Source of the DNA: Candidatus Doudnabacteria bacterium RIFCSPHIGHO2_01_FULL_46_24
Lineage (GTDB): Bacteria > Patescibacteriota > Doudnabacteria > UBA920 > O2-02-FULL-48-8
Length of the DNA stretch: 64,000 nt
Direction: 5' to 3'
Assembly: GCA_001777575.1 (NCBI GenBank)
Contig: MFEL01000008.1
Span: 42,634 to 106,633 of the forward strand
How positions within the stretch are numbered: position 1 is the first letter of the stretch; the number at the start of each line of letters is the position of its first letter. A program made the position numbers and the translations under genes. The notes under the pieces are model-generated. The model did no database searches. It was not told where the DNA came from and saw only the letters and a program-made list of their open reading frames with translations. Shown in pieces: positions 38,090 through 46,213 of the stretch.

Positions 38090-38171
38090 ATTCGGATGCG
38101 CGCTTTCGTAGTGCGCCTTTCGGATACTATTCGTGGCATTCGAATGTCCAATTCGTGGCTTCGTATCGCTG
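37668..38171. mobile_element. Putative cassette: GxxExxY gene enclosed by imperfect terminal inverted repeats
   Basis: Left cagcgattcgaaattaacgaatggacatccgaatg; reverse complement of right cagcgatacgaagccacgaattggacattcgaatg; ends abut an upstream stop and the fba start. Confidence 0.6.
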
Positions 38172-38381
38172 TCAAAACTTGGCTCCCGCCTTCAGCACAT
38201 CAAATATGCTCGGCAACTCCGTGGCCTTGCCTTTCTGCTTGCAGATGGCGTAAACCAGATGCCACTCGCATTCCAGATTTTTTTCGTTGGCAATGGCCTT
38301 GGTCCCGCGCCAATACAGAAATGCCAGGGCAAACAGGACTAACAGAATCAATTTTGATCTCATGCGTTTTTTGATATACAT
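38172..38381 (-). CDS. Small exported/membrane hypothetical protein
   Basis: 69 aa from MYIKKR, hydrophobic N-terminus, two Cys, AAGGAG SD. Confidence 0.6.
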   Translation of the reverse strand: MYIKKRMRSKLILLVLFALAFLYWRGTKAIANEKNLECEWHLVYAICKQKGKATELPSIFDVLKAGAKF

Positions 38382-38383
38382 AA

Positions 38384-38563
38384 TTATTTTCTCCTTTTTG
38401 TTTTTGCATCCCGGATGACAATCGCGCCCGGGATTTTTTTGACCAGCAGCCGCTGCCGCTCGCGCCACTTAAGCTGCCGCAGCATTTCCGCGGGCAGCAA
38501 CACTCCCAAAGAACTTCTGCCAATCTTAGTTAGCTTGCGAATATTATTTATCGGCCTGGCCAT
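38384..38563 (-). CDS. 59-aa AbrB/MazE/SpoVT-like DNA-binding protein (below the ORF-track cutoff)
   Basis: MARPINNIRKLTKIGRSSLGVLLPAEMLRQLKWRERQRLLVKKIPGAIVIRDAKTKRRK. Confidence 0.8.
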   Translation of the reverse strand: MARPINNIRKLTKIGRSSLGVLLPAEMLRQLKWRERQRLLVKKIPGAIVIRDAKTKRRK

Positions 38564-38588
38564 ACGTATACGTAAACCACGTGGTTTA
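38563..38588. promoter_or_regulatory. Two abutting perfect palindromes in front of the AbrB-like gene (candidate operator)
   Basis: tacgtatacgta (38563-38574) and taaaccacgtggttta (38573-38588). Confidence 0.6.
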
Positions 38589-38592
38589 ATAC

Positions 38593-39408
38593 TTACCTGA
38601 CGAACATAAAAGTGGAAATAATTTGGTCAAAAACTCTAGCATACTCATCCTGCTGCTCTTGCGTCAAATCGCCTCGGATAGTCATAGATATTAGCATAAC
38701 TCCGGTTGTTTTCTCAATAAATAAATATTCCATAGCCTTGTTTGCGGCGAATCCAGAAACCGCCTCGATCTCTCCGCGGCATCGCAGCGCCTTCGCTCCG
38801 CTGATTGTCAAGGACTTGGGATTGCTGCAATAAGACAGCGAGTATTGCGTCATATTTGTCCCCACGTCTACAGGTCCAAACGGAATCTTTAGCCAGGCGT
38901 AATAATCTTTCAATTCTCCGGCATACTTTAGTGTATCGAATCCGGATTCTTTTGTGCTTAGAACAAGATATTTATCTTTACTGCCGTATTCATCAGTCCT
39001 GTCCACCCAATCGCTGGGGTATTCGAATCTGAACCTGAAATCATAAAACGGGCTAAGATAGGTCTGCCAGTTCGCAGCTTCGCCTGCTCCGACCGAAGCG
39101 TCGGAGTCAAGCTGATTTGTGTCTTCAAACCAAGCGGCCGGGCTCCATCCTGGAGGCAAACAGGAATTATAAAACTTTTTAGTCTCGCCATCATTATTTA
39201 CTGCCAAAATTTCTTTTCTTGAACAATCGTTCCCAAACGTCCAACCATATTGCCAATAAAAGACGCCAGCGACAATGCCGGCAAAAACCAGCCCCAAAAA
39301 CACGTAGCCTAAAACCATGTGGCGGCTAAGCCAATTCTTATTTGGCGGCAAGGTCGGCACTGGTTGGTTGCTTATATTTTTCTGTGACACTCCCTGTTGA
39401 TTTTCCAT
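38593..39408 (-). CDS. Single-pass membrane protein with a PsbP-like extracellular domain
   Basis: N-terminal TM, WQTY...FRFEYPSDW, C-terminal FDQIISTFMF. Confidence 0.65.
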   Translation of the reverse strand: MENQQGVSQKNISNQPVPTLPPNKNWLSRHMVLGYVFLGLVFAGIVAGVFYWQYGWTFGNDCSRKEILAVNNDGETKKFYNSCLPPGWSPAAWFEDTNQLDSDASVGAGEAANWQTYLSPFYDFRFRFEYPSDWVDRTDEYGSKDKYLVLSTKESGFDTLKYAGELKDYYAWLKIPFGPVDVGTNMTQYSLSYCSNPKSLTISGAKALRCRGEIEAVSGFAANKAMEYLFIEKTTGVMLISMTIRGDLTQEQQDEYARVFDQIISTFMFVR

Positions 39409-39419
39409 ACTTCCGTTCT

Positions 39420-39451
39420 ACATTCATACACGACTGTATGAATGTATTATA
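39420..39451. repeat. 32-bp direct repeat copy 1 (TATAAT plus palindrome)
   Basis: acattcataca-cgac-tgtatgaatgt-attata; identical to 39956-39987. Confidence 0.95.
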
Positions 39452-39453
39452 AA

Positions 39454-39945
39454 TTATAGCTGTAAATCTCTGCTTGCTGAACGCTGCTTAAGTTTCTTTG
39501 TGATAAGACGACTAACTTCCGGAATGCCCTCGGTGACCAAATCCGCCAAAAACGTTTCAGCCGGCATTTTTCTCCGAACTCGCCTTTCCAGGATCGTCTG
39601 TCTCTCCTCGCGTTTTCTCTGGAATTTATTTTCCAAATCAACCAATTTCTGATGAACCTTCTTTAATCCTTCGCCCCGGGTCATCAGCGTATTATTAACG
39701 GTTGTGATTGTTCTGGCGGTAACTTTCAGGGCATCCATGATCTCTTCGTATGTCTGACCATCGATGAGGCGCCTAGCGATTTCTAACCGCTTAGCAAACA
39801 TCTTATATTCTGTGTGTGTAAATAAATCCTTAAACAGCAAACGAACATCCTCCTTGGAATCCATTAAAGTAAAGGCTGACCATAAATTGTTCACATAATG
39901 GCCGAAGTGCTGCGGGTCTAAATGTAATCTTGATAGTTTTGTCAT
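39454..39945 (-). CDS. TrpR-like (YerC/YecD) DNA-binding protein
   Basis: LFKDLFTHTEYKMFAKRLEIARRLIDGQTYEEI...VTARTITTVNN. Confidence 0.85.
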   Translation of the reverse strand: MTKLSRLHLDPQHFGHYVNNLWSAFTLMDSKEDVRLLFKDLFTHTEYKMFAKRLEIARRLIDGQTYEEIMDALKVTARTITTVNNTLMTRGEGLKKVHQKLVDLENKFQRKREERQTILERRVRRKMPAETFLADLVTEGIPEVSRLITKKLKQRSASRDLQL

Positions 39946-39955
39946 TTTTTATTTC

Positions 39956-39987
39956 ACATTCATACACGACTGTATGAATGTATTATA
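39956..39987. repeat. 32-bp direct repeat copy 2 (TATAAT plus palindrome)
   Basis: Identical to 39420-39451; 10 nt upstream of the TrpR-like start codon. Confidence 0.95.
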
Positions 39988-39990
39988 GCG

Positions 39991-40965
39991 CTAACTATTG
40001 GCTTTTACAATATTGGGAGGAGTATTGCCTTTCAGTGCCGCAATGATATTTTCTGCGGCCACGCGGCTCATGTTGTCGCGGGCTTCGATGGTGGCGGAGG
40101 CGGTGTGCGGCGTGATGACAATATTCTCAAGTTCGGCTAATCCCGGCGTTAATTCCGGTTCATGCTCCCAGACATCTATGCCGGCGGCAAAGATGTCCCC
40201 TTTTTTCAGGGCATCGCGGAGGGCTGCCTCATTCACCACCGGGCCACGGCTGGTGTTGACGAAAATTGCGGTTTTTTTCATCAGCTCAAACTGCGCCGCG
40301 CCAAACATATGGCGCGTAGAATCCAGCAGCGGCACGTGGACCGAAACAAAATCCGAATTTTTCAAAAGTTCTTCCAGCGTGCAAAACTTGGCGCCCAAGT
40401 CTTTTTCAATCTGGTCATTGGGTTTTTGGTCATGATATAAAATTTTCATGCCAAAGCCTTTAGCCGCCCTTTCGGCCAAAGCCGCGCCGATCCGGCCGGT
40501 GCCGACAATTCCAAGAGTTTTACCAAACACATCCTGGCCCAGCAACAAAAACGGCTGCCAGCCGGTATATTTGCCGGCGCGGGAAAACCGGTCTGATTCC
40601 ACGATCCGCCGACCCGCAGCCAGCATCAGGCCAAAGGCATGGTCTGCCACTGAACCGGTCAAGATGTCTGGGGTATTTGTGACCAAAACGTGTCGCGCTG
40701 CCGCATCCTTGATGTTGATGTTGTCGTAGCCGACCGCGTAATTGGCCACGATTTTCAGCTGCGGTCCAATAGTGTCCAAAACAACACCGTCAATTTTATC
40801 CACCAGTTGGGAAAGCAAGGCGTCACAGCCAGCTGCTTCCAGCATCAATTCCTCGCGCGACAGGGGCCGGTCAAGCGGCGAAATTTTTACTTCGTGCCCG
40901 GCTTGCTTAAGCATATCAATCCCCACTTGAGGAATTTTTCGAGTAACAAATATTTTCATAAGCAT
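39991..40965 (-). CDS. D-isomer 2-hydroxyacid dehydrogenase (glyoxylate reductase/D-glycerate DH)
   Basis: AVGYDNI, GTGRIG, NTSRG, DVWEHEP, PHTAS. Confidence 0.93.
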   Translation of the reverse strand: MLMKIFVTRKIPQVGIDMLKQAGHEVKISPLDRPLSREELMLEAAGCDALLSQLVDKIDGVVLDTIGPQLKIVANYAVGYDNINIKDAAARHVLVTNTPDILTGSVADHAFGLMLAAGRRIVESDRFSRAGKYTGWQPFLLLGQDVFGKTLGIVGTGRIGAALAERAAKGFGMKILYHDQKPNDQIEKDLGAKFCTLEELLKNSDFVSVHVPLLDSTRHMFGAAQFELMKKTAIFVNTSRGPVVNEAALRDALKKGDIFAAGIDVWEHEPELTPGLAELENIVITPHTASATIEARDNMSRVAAENIIAALKGNTPPNIVKANS

Positions 40966-40970
40966 TTGGT

Positions 40971-41060
40971 CTATCCCCGACTTGATCGGGGATCCACTAC
41001 AGCTATTAATACCATTTGGTTTTAATTATCGAAGTGGATCCCAAATTAAATTTGGGATAG
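40971..41060. repeat. REP/RPE-like composite palindrome
   Basis: ctatccccgacttgatcggggatccact ... agtggatcccaaattaaatttgggatag. Confidence 0.85.
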
Positions 41061-41062
41061 GC

Positions 41063-42037
41063 TCATATCTCCCTCGCCCTAAACTTTGAGTGCTTTCTTA
41101 AATAATTTTCAATCTGCGCCTTGGTCTGCAAACCTTTATGCGGCCCGACGTGCATGACGACATTGCCGCCGTTTACAGTGCCCCAAGCCATGGCTTCGGC
41201 TACGCTGCGGCCGTAAAACATGGCGGCAGTGAAAGCCGAGCCATACGCGTCACCAGCTCCGGTAGCCTCCACTTTTGGCCCTACAAATTCCTCTAGATAC
41301 CAAACCTTACTCGATCCATTGGAAGCGTAGGAGCCATCCCTTCCATCTGTAATCACGGCGATTTTGGCGCCCAGCTTGTGCAAGCCCTTGAGCAGGGTTT
41401 TTACGTTTTTCGTGTTTTGCTTCAATACCAGCTGCGCTTCTTCGTGGTTGAGAAATAAAATTTCCGTGTGCTTATAAATTCCATTCAGCTTATGCCCCAT
41501 TCGGATTTGAAAAGTTCCTGGGTTAAACGCCAGCTTAACGCCCTTGTGCTTTTCCAAAAAATTCTCAAATTCTTTGTGAAATTTTTCCGTCCCTGCAGCC
41601 ATGGAGGAAAAATAAACCCATGGTGCGTCCAACCTGCTCGGCAATCGGTAGTTAAACTTGTTGTGCTTAATCAGGATTGTCCGCTCGCCGCGGAAAGCCA
41701 GGACAAAATGAAAATTGGTCTGTGCCTGCTTGTCCACATGGATAAATCCGGTATCCACGCCCTCCCGTTTTAGTTCGGTAATGATCAGCTTACCCTGGTT
41801 GTCGCTGCCGACCGAGGTGATAAAAGCATTTTTCATGCCAAGCCGCGCCGAGCCCACGGCATTGTTGGTGGAATTGCCCGCCGGCAGCATAGTCAACTTC
41901 TCATATGGAATCTTATCCGCGTAAGAAAGCTCCAGCTTGCAATCCGTATGATCCACCGCGCAATGCACGCTCGCCTCGTGCAATTCAATAAAAGCGTCAA
42001 TCGTGCAATCGCCGATGGAAACTATGTCGTATTTCAT
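41063..42037 (-). CDS. PfkB/ribokinase-family carbohydrate kinase
   Basis: AGNSTNNAVG..RLG, FNPG, NHEEA, ATGAGDAY. Confidence 0.9.
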   Translation of the reverse strand: MKYDIVSIGDCTIDAFIELHEASVHCAVDHTDCKLELSYADKIPYEKLTMLPAGNSTNNAVGSARLGMKNAFITSVGSDNQGKLIITELKREGVDTGFIHVDKQAQTNFHFVLAFRGERTILIKHNKFNYRLPSRLDAPWVYFSSMAAGTEKFHKEFENFLEKHKGVKLAFNPGTFQIRMGHKLNGIYKHTEILFLNHEEAQLVLKQNTKNVKTLLKGLHKLGAKIAVITDGRDGSYASNGSSKVWYLEEFVGPKVEATGAGDAYGSAFTAAMFYGRSVAEAMAWGTVNGGNVVMHVGPHKGLQTKAQIENYLRKHSKFRAREI

Positions 42038-42101
42038 GGATTTTGTTTCAGAAATTTGCCTTAAGACATCTAAATTATAAAGATTTTAATCAAATTTGTA
42101 A

Positions 42102-42135
42102 ACCCCGTTAGAAGTGGATATACTTCCAACGGGGT
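42102..42135. repeat. ACCCCGTTAGAA-type palindrome
   Basis: accccgttagaagt-ggatat-acttccaacggggt. Confidence 0.8.
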
Positions 42136-42166
42136 AAAGAAAGCGCAAAAGATATAAGATAACATT

Positions 42167-42709
42167 ATGATGCCTTATGACCACGCAGCGGCCGGGTTTG
42201 TCTTGACTTTTATTTTGCTGAAAATTATAAACCCGGCGTTGATGCCTGATCAGATTCAGTCGTTGCTTTATTGGAGCCTGTTTTGGGCCGTGATCGTGGA
42301 TTGGGACATGATTATTTCTTACGGCCTGATGCGCTCGTTAAAAATGGGCAAAGTCAGCCATCGCAGTTTCCCAAGCCACGCGCCTTTGCCTTGGATTATA
42401 TTTATTCTGCTGGTTTACTTTTTGGCCAATTCGCTGTATGGCAAATATTTCGCCGTGGCAATAGCCGGAGGAGCCGGGAGCCATCTTTTGGTGGACACGA
42501 TCGAACATGGCATCATGTGGCTGTGGCCATTCAGCAAGAAACAATACATGCTTTATGAAGGCCCGCCCAGCGGCCAATTTTCCGAAGAAAAAAATCTCTT
42601 GATCTATTACGCCAAAATGTTTCGATATGTTTATATGCGCATGCGGTCGTTCAAGGTGGGGCTAGCGGTCGTGGCCGCCGCGCTTGTTATCTTTTTCGGA
42701 AAATTGTAA
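42167..42709 (+). CDS. Membrane-bound metal-dependent hydrolase (YdjM-like)
   Basis: N-terminal H, DWD, HRSFPSH, SHLLVD, LWPFS. Confidence 0.8.
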   Translation: MMPYDHAAAGFVLTFILLKIINPALMPDQIQSLLYWSLFWAVIVDWDMIISYGLMRSLKMGKVSHRSFPSHAPLPWIIFILLVYFLANSLYGKYFAVAIAGGAGSHLLVDTIEHGIMWLWPFSKKQYMLYEGPPSGQFSEEKNLLIYYAKMFRYVYMRMRSFKVGLAVVAAALVIFFGKL

Positions 42710-42759
42710 AAAATACATTGTATTGTATAGAAATTGAAAAAAAATAAAATAAGCTCATC

Positions 42760-42789
42760 AACCTAAATGTGCCATGGCACATTTAGGTT
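42760..42789. repeat. Perfect 30-bp palindrome downstream of the PaaX/Cas2-like gene
   Basis: aacctaaatgtgcca|tggcacatttaggtt. Confidence 0.95.
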
Positions 42790-42811
42790 AACTGACTTTA
42801 TCTGCTTGGTT

Positions 42812-43387
42812 TCAAACTTTTAATCCGAATTTTTTGAGCAAATCGTTTTGGAAATCCAGTTCCTGGACAATGGCAATCCTGACATATCGGTCAATTTCAT
42901 AAATTTCTTTCAAAAAATCTACTTCGTCTTCGCAAGGGTATGGGCATGCCCAGACGCTTTTTTGCATAGGATAAAACCCTATTTCCTTAAGCTGGCGAGT
43001 AAAATAATAGCTGTTTCGCTTGAACTGTTTGGGAATATCAAACATCACCAGGCGCCATTTTTTGTCCCAGGTTTTTTGCGGCTTAATTTGCATCTTGTCC
43101 ATTTTGAACTTCAAAAGTTTCTGCTTGCCATTCTTGGTCATTTTAATGACTGTCTTATGCCTTTCCTCGGTTATCGAAATCAGGTTCTGGTCTTCCATGC
43201 TCTTAAGTGAGCGCCGGATCTGCCACGGTTGATAACGTTTTTGTGTTTTGCCCAAAAAAGGAGCCAAGGCCATGGGCAGGCCAGGCAAGACCGCAACGGC
43301 AACCACAAACCCGGCTGCCGCGATTACGGTTAAAATCATTTTTATTATTTCCGCCTTGCTCCGTTTCTCTTTTTCCACTATTTGCAT
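42812..43387 (-). CDS. wHTH plus PaaX-central/Cas2-like domain protein
   Basis: MTKNG wing, WDKKWRLVMFDIP, LKEIGFYPMQKSVWACPYPC. Confidence 0.8.
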   Translation of the reverse strand: MQIVEKEKRSKAEIIKMILTVIAAAGFVVAVAVLPGLPMALAPFLGKTQKRYQPWQIRRSLKSMEDQNLISITEERHKTVIKMTKNGKQKLLKFKMDKMQIKPQKTWDKKWRLVMFDIPKQFKRNSYYFTRQLKEIGFYPMQKSVWACPYPCEDEVDFLKEIYEIDRYVRIAIVQELDFQNDLLKKFGLKV

Positions 43388-43409
43388 ATTTTTTAAATTT
43401 ATTGAGCCT

Positions 43410-43437
43410 ACCTATTTGTGCCATGGCACAAATGGGT
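43410..43437. repeat. 28-bp palindrome upstream of the PaaX/Cas2-like gene
   Basis: acctatttgtgcca|tggcacaaatgggt; shares core tgtgccatggcaca with 42760-42789. Confidence 0.95.
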
Positions 43438-43498
43438 CAACGAGCATGCTCAAATCTACCATTAAGCCTCAATTAACCTAAAAATTATTAATTTCTTG

Positions 43499-43858
43499 TT
43501 AATTTGTAAATTCAAATGTGGCGACGATTGCTTTCAGCTGAGCAAGAGTTTGGTCATATCTCGGATAATAAATAATCTCGTAGAAGTGCTCGTTGTAGCC
43601 GGCAAGGATCACGTAGTAACTTGGACTGCCCTGAACGGTTATGGCCGAGGTAGCCGATCCTGTGGTAAAGGCAGTTTTTTTCTGGTCCTTAAAATATTGG
43701 GGGTCATTGACATACTGTTCAAAGTATTCAACCGGCCGCGGAAGATTTGCAAGACTGCCATAATATTTAATAGTTATGCTGGCCAAATCGGCCCTGGGAC
43801 CGTAGAGACTAATTGCATTAGATAGCCCTGCCATCACTGTCCAATCAGAAGGGTATTT
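43499..43858 (-). pseudogene. 5'-truncated PsbP-like exported protein
   Basis: Frame begins after a TAA with KYPSDW and ends AIVATFEFTN, matching 38593-39408; no signal or TM segment. Confidence 0.6.
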
Positions 43859-43921
43859 TTACATCATAATTTTATCATTAATGCTTAAAAGGCAACAGGT
43901 CTAATATACAATTTTACCAAA

Positions 43922-44896
43922 TCATTTCCTCTTGAGAACTTTTTTAACCGCGTTGAAAATTGCCTTGCCGTCCATGCCCCATTTGGCAATAAGTTCGTTG
44001 GGCTCGCCGCTCTCGCCGAAACTGTCCGGCATGCCTACGAATTCCTGCGGCACCGGAAAATTCCTGCTCAAAACTTCCGCAATTGCCGAGCCAACACCGC
44101 CGGTGATTTGGTGCTCTTCGGCTGAAACTATTGCGCCGGTTTTTTTGACTGATTCGATCAAGGTCCTTTCGTCCATGGGTTTGACTGAAACCATGTTCAA
44201 AACCTCGCACTCAATCCCCTCTTTGGCCAGTTCATTGGCGGCTTGAAGAGCGTAATAAACTTGCGGACCGGCAGCAGCAACGGTGCAATCCTTGCCCTCG
44301 CGGTAAACAAATGCTTTGCCGATTTCAAACGGCGTTTCATCCGTGGTAAATTGCGGAGTTTTTTCCCGCGCCAATCGGATATAGACCGGGCCTTGAATTT
44401 TTGCCGCGGCCACCGTTGCCTTGCGCGCCTCAATCGCGTCGCAAGGCACCAAAACCGTCATGCGCGGCAAAACCCGGGTAATGGCAATATCCTCAAGAGC
44501 TTGGTGAGTCGCGCCATCCGGGCCCACGGAAATGCCGGCGTGAGAGCCAATAATCTTGACATTGTTGCCGGAATAGCAAATTGCCACGCGAATCTGGTCC
44601 CAGTTCCGGCCGGGCGAAAAAACCGCATAAGAGGTGATAAAAGGAATTTTGCCTTCATGCGCCATGCCCGCGCCCAAGCCTGCCAGATTTTGTTCAGCCA
44701 CGCCAACCTCCACAAACCGATCCGGGTAGGCCTTGGCAAAATCCAAAGACCGCGTGGATTCAGTTAAATCGCAGCACAAAACCACTACATTGGGATTTTC
44801 TTTGCCCAAAATCAAAAGGCCGTCGCCGTATCCGTTGCGGATTGGAGCTTGTTTGATATCAGAGGAAAATAAATTGTCGGCTAATTTAACGCTCAT
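43922..44896 (-). CDS. tkt: Transketolase, C-terminal subunit
   Basis: VGVAEQN, GPDGATHQALED, EEHQ. Confidence 0.95.
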   Translation of the reverse strand: MSVKLADNLFSSDIKQAPIRNGYGDGLLILGKENPNVVVLCCDLTESTRSLDFAKAYPDRFVEVGVAEQNLAGLGAGMAHEGKIPFITSYAVFSPGRNWDQIRVAICYSGNNVKIIGSHAGISVGPDGATHQALEDIAITRVLPRMTVLVPCDAIEARKATVAAAKIQGPVYIRLAREKTPQFTTDETPFEIGKAFVYREGKDCTVAAAGPQVYYALQAANELAKEGIECEVLNMVSVKPMDERTLIESVKKTGAIVSAEEHQITGGVGSAIAEVLSRNFPVPQEFVGMPDSFGESGEPNELIAKWGMDGKAIFNAVKKVLKRK

Positions 44897-44898
44897 GG

Positions 44899-45365
44899 AA
44901 GATTAAAGAGTAAAGATAAAAACGAAAAACATCAACTTAAAATTAAAAACTATCCTTTTTTCAAGGTTAAAATACTAGCCGCTAGTATATTGGATAATTC
45001 TGTTACTTCTTTTAATAAAACTTCAAGCTTATTCTTATCAGCTAGATTAGCATCTCGCATTAGACCCAGCCAGAACTTAGTCTCGTTGGCAGACTTTAAC
45101 GCATGAGTGAAAAAATTGGCAAAATCTTTCCGTGTTCTGCCCGCTTGCGCTTCAATAATATTTGCCCCAATGCTAGTTGCGCTTCTCAAAACTTGTTTGG
45201 ACAAAACTTGACAACTTAGATCACGCTGATCGAGTATTTTTATTAACTTAATAATCTCAAGCGCAAAATTATACGCTCTGGTTTTTGTATCTATCTTAGA
45301 TTTTACTTCGCTGTTTTGCATTTTGCCTTGAATGTTTTAATCTCTTCTCTTTACGTTTTAATTTT
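44899..45365. mobile_element. Putative cassette: four-helix-bundle gene enclosed by inverted heptamer arms (family D, filled)
   Basis: Left aagattaaagagtaaagataaaaa, right ttttaatctcttctctttacgttttaa; the same arms are joined without a gene at 59349-59406. Confidence 0.65.
44950..45321 (-). CDS. Four-helix-bundle protein (23S rRNA intervening-sequence protein family)
   Basis: QVLRSATSIGANIIEA, DFANF..HALKSANETKFWL. Confidence 0.92.
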   Translation of the reverse strand: MQNSEVKSKIDTKTRAYNFALEIIKLIKILDQRDLSCQVLSKQVLRSATSIGANIIEAQAGRTRKDFANFFTHALKSANETKFWLGLMRDANLADKNKLEVLLKEVTELSNILAASILTLKKG

Positions 45366-46211
45366 CTACTCATGCTCGCTCCTAATCTTCCCTCCCAGGG
45401 TTCTTAATTCTTTCAAGGCTTCGTGGCCTTGCTTGCCATCTGGCGGGATGCCATGCCATTTGTAATCGTATTCCATAAAATCCACGCCCTTGCCAGGGAT
45501 AGTATGACAAATAATCAACGTCGGGTTTTCGGCAATGGCCTTGGCTTTGTTGCAGGCGTCAATAATTTCGCGGATATTATGTCCATCGACTTCAAGAACC
45601 GTCCAGCCGAACGCTTCATACTTTGCCCGCAAAGGCTCAAGCGGCATGACTTCCTCGGTATAGCCGTCAATCTGGATATTGTTGCGGTCCATCAAGGCCG
45701 TAAGGTTGCGTAAATTATTTTTGCCGGCAAACATGGCGGCTTCCCAAATCTGGCCTTCCTCCTGCTCGCCGTCAGACATGACGCAATACACCCGCCAAGG
45801 TTTGTGATCCATTTTAAGCCCCACATAAGCCATGCCCGCGGCTTGCGACAATCCTTGGCCCAAAGGGCCGGAAGAATTTTCCGCGCCCGGCAGAACCTCG
45901 TTGTGCGGATGGCCATGGAGTCGGGTACCGAGCTTTCGCAAAGTCGCTAGTTCATGATGCGGGAAAAATCCGGCATGCGCCAAAGTCGCGTACCACACCG
46001 GGCAAATATGGCCGCAAGACAACACAAACCGGTCCCGCTGGGGCCAGGCCGGATTTTGCGGATCATATTGCATGACGCCAAAATAAAGGGCCGTAAACAC
46101 GTCGGTCATACCCAAAGGTCCGGCCGAGTGCCCGGATTTGGCCGTGACCAGCATCTTGACGATGTCCTGCCGTATTTCGTTAGCTTTTTGTTCCAGTTCT
46201 CTAATATCCAT
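45366..46211 (-). CDS. tkt: Transketolase, N-terminal subunit
   Basis: SGHSAG, DRFVLSCGH, GPLGQG, SDGEQEEG...N ThDP motif. Confidence 0.95.
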   Translation of the reverse strand: MDIRELEQKANEIRQDIVKMLVTAKSGHSAGPLGMTDVFTALYFGVMQYDPQNPAWPQRDRFVLSCGHICPVWYATLAHAGFFPHHELATLRKLGTRLHGHPHNEVLPGAENSSGPLGQGLSQAAGMAYVGLKMDHKPWRVYCVMSDGEQEEGQIWEAAMFAGKNNLRNLTALMDRNNIQIDGYTEEVMPLEPLRAKYEAFGWTVLEVDGHNIREIIDACNKAKAIAENPTLIICHTIPGKGVDFMEYDYKWHGIPPDGKQGHEALKELRTLGGKIRSEHE

Positions 46212-46213
46212 AT

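Noticed and set aside
42760-43437. CRISPR-Cas locus suggested by the Cas2-like domain and palindromic repeats
   Set aside because: Only two non-identical palindromes, separated by a gene; no repeat-spacer array and no cas1 or other cas gene in the window
44950-45321. Diversity-generating retroelement (Avd-like four-helix bundle)
   Set aside because: No reverse transcriptase and no TR/VR pair with adenine-specific mismatches in the window
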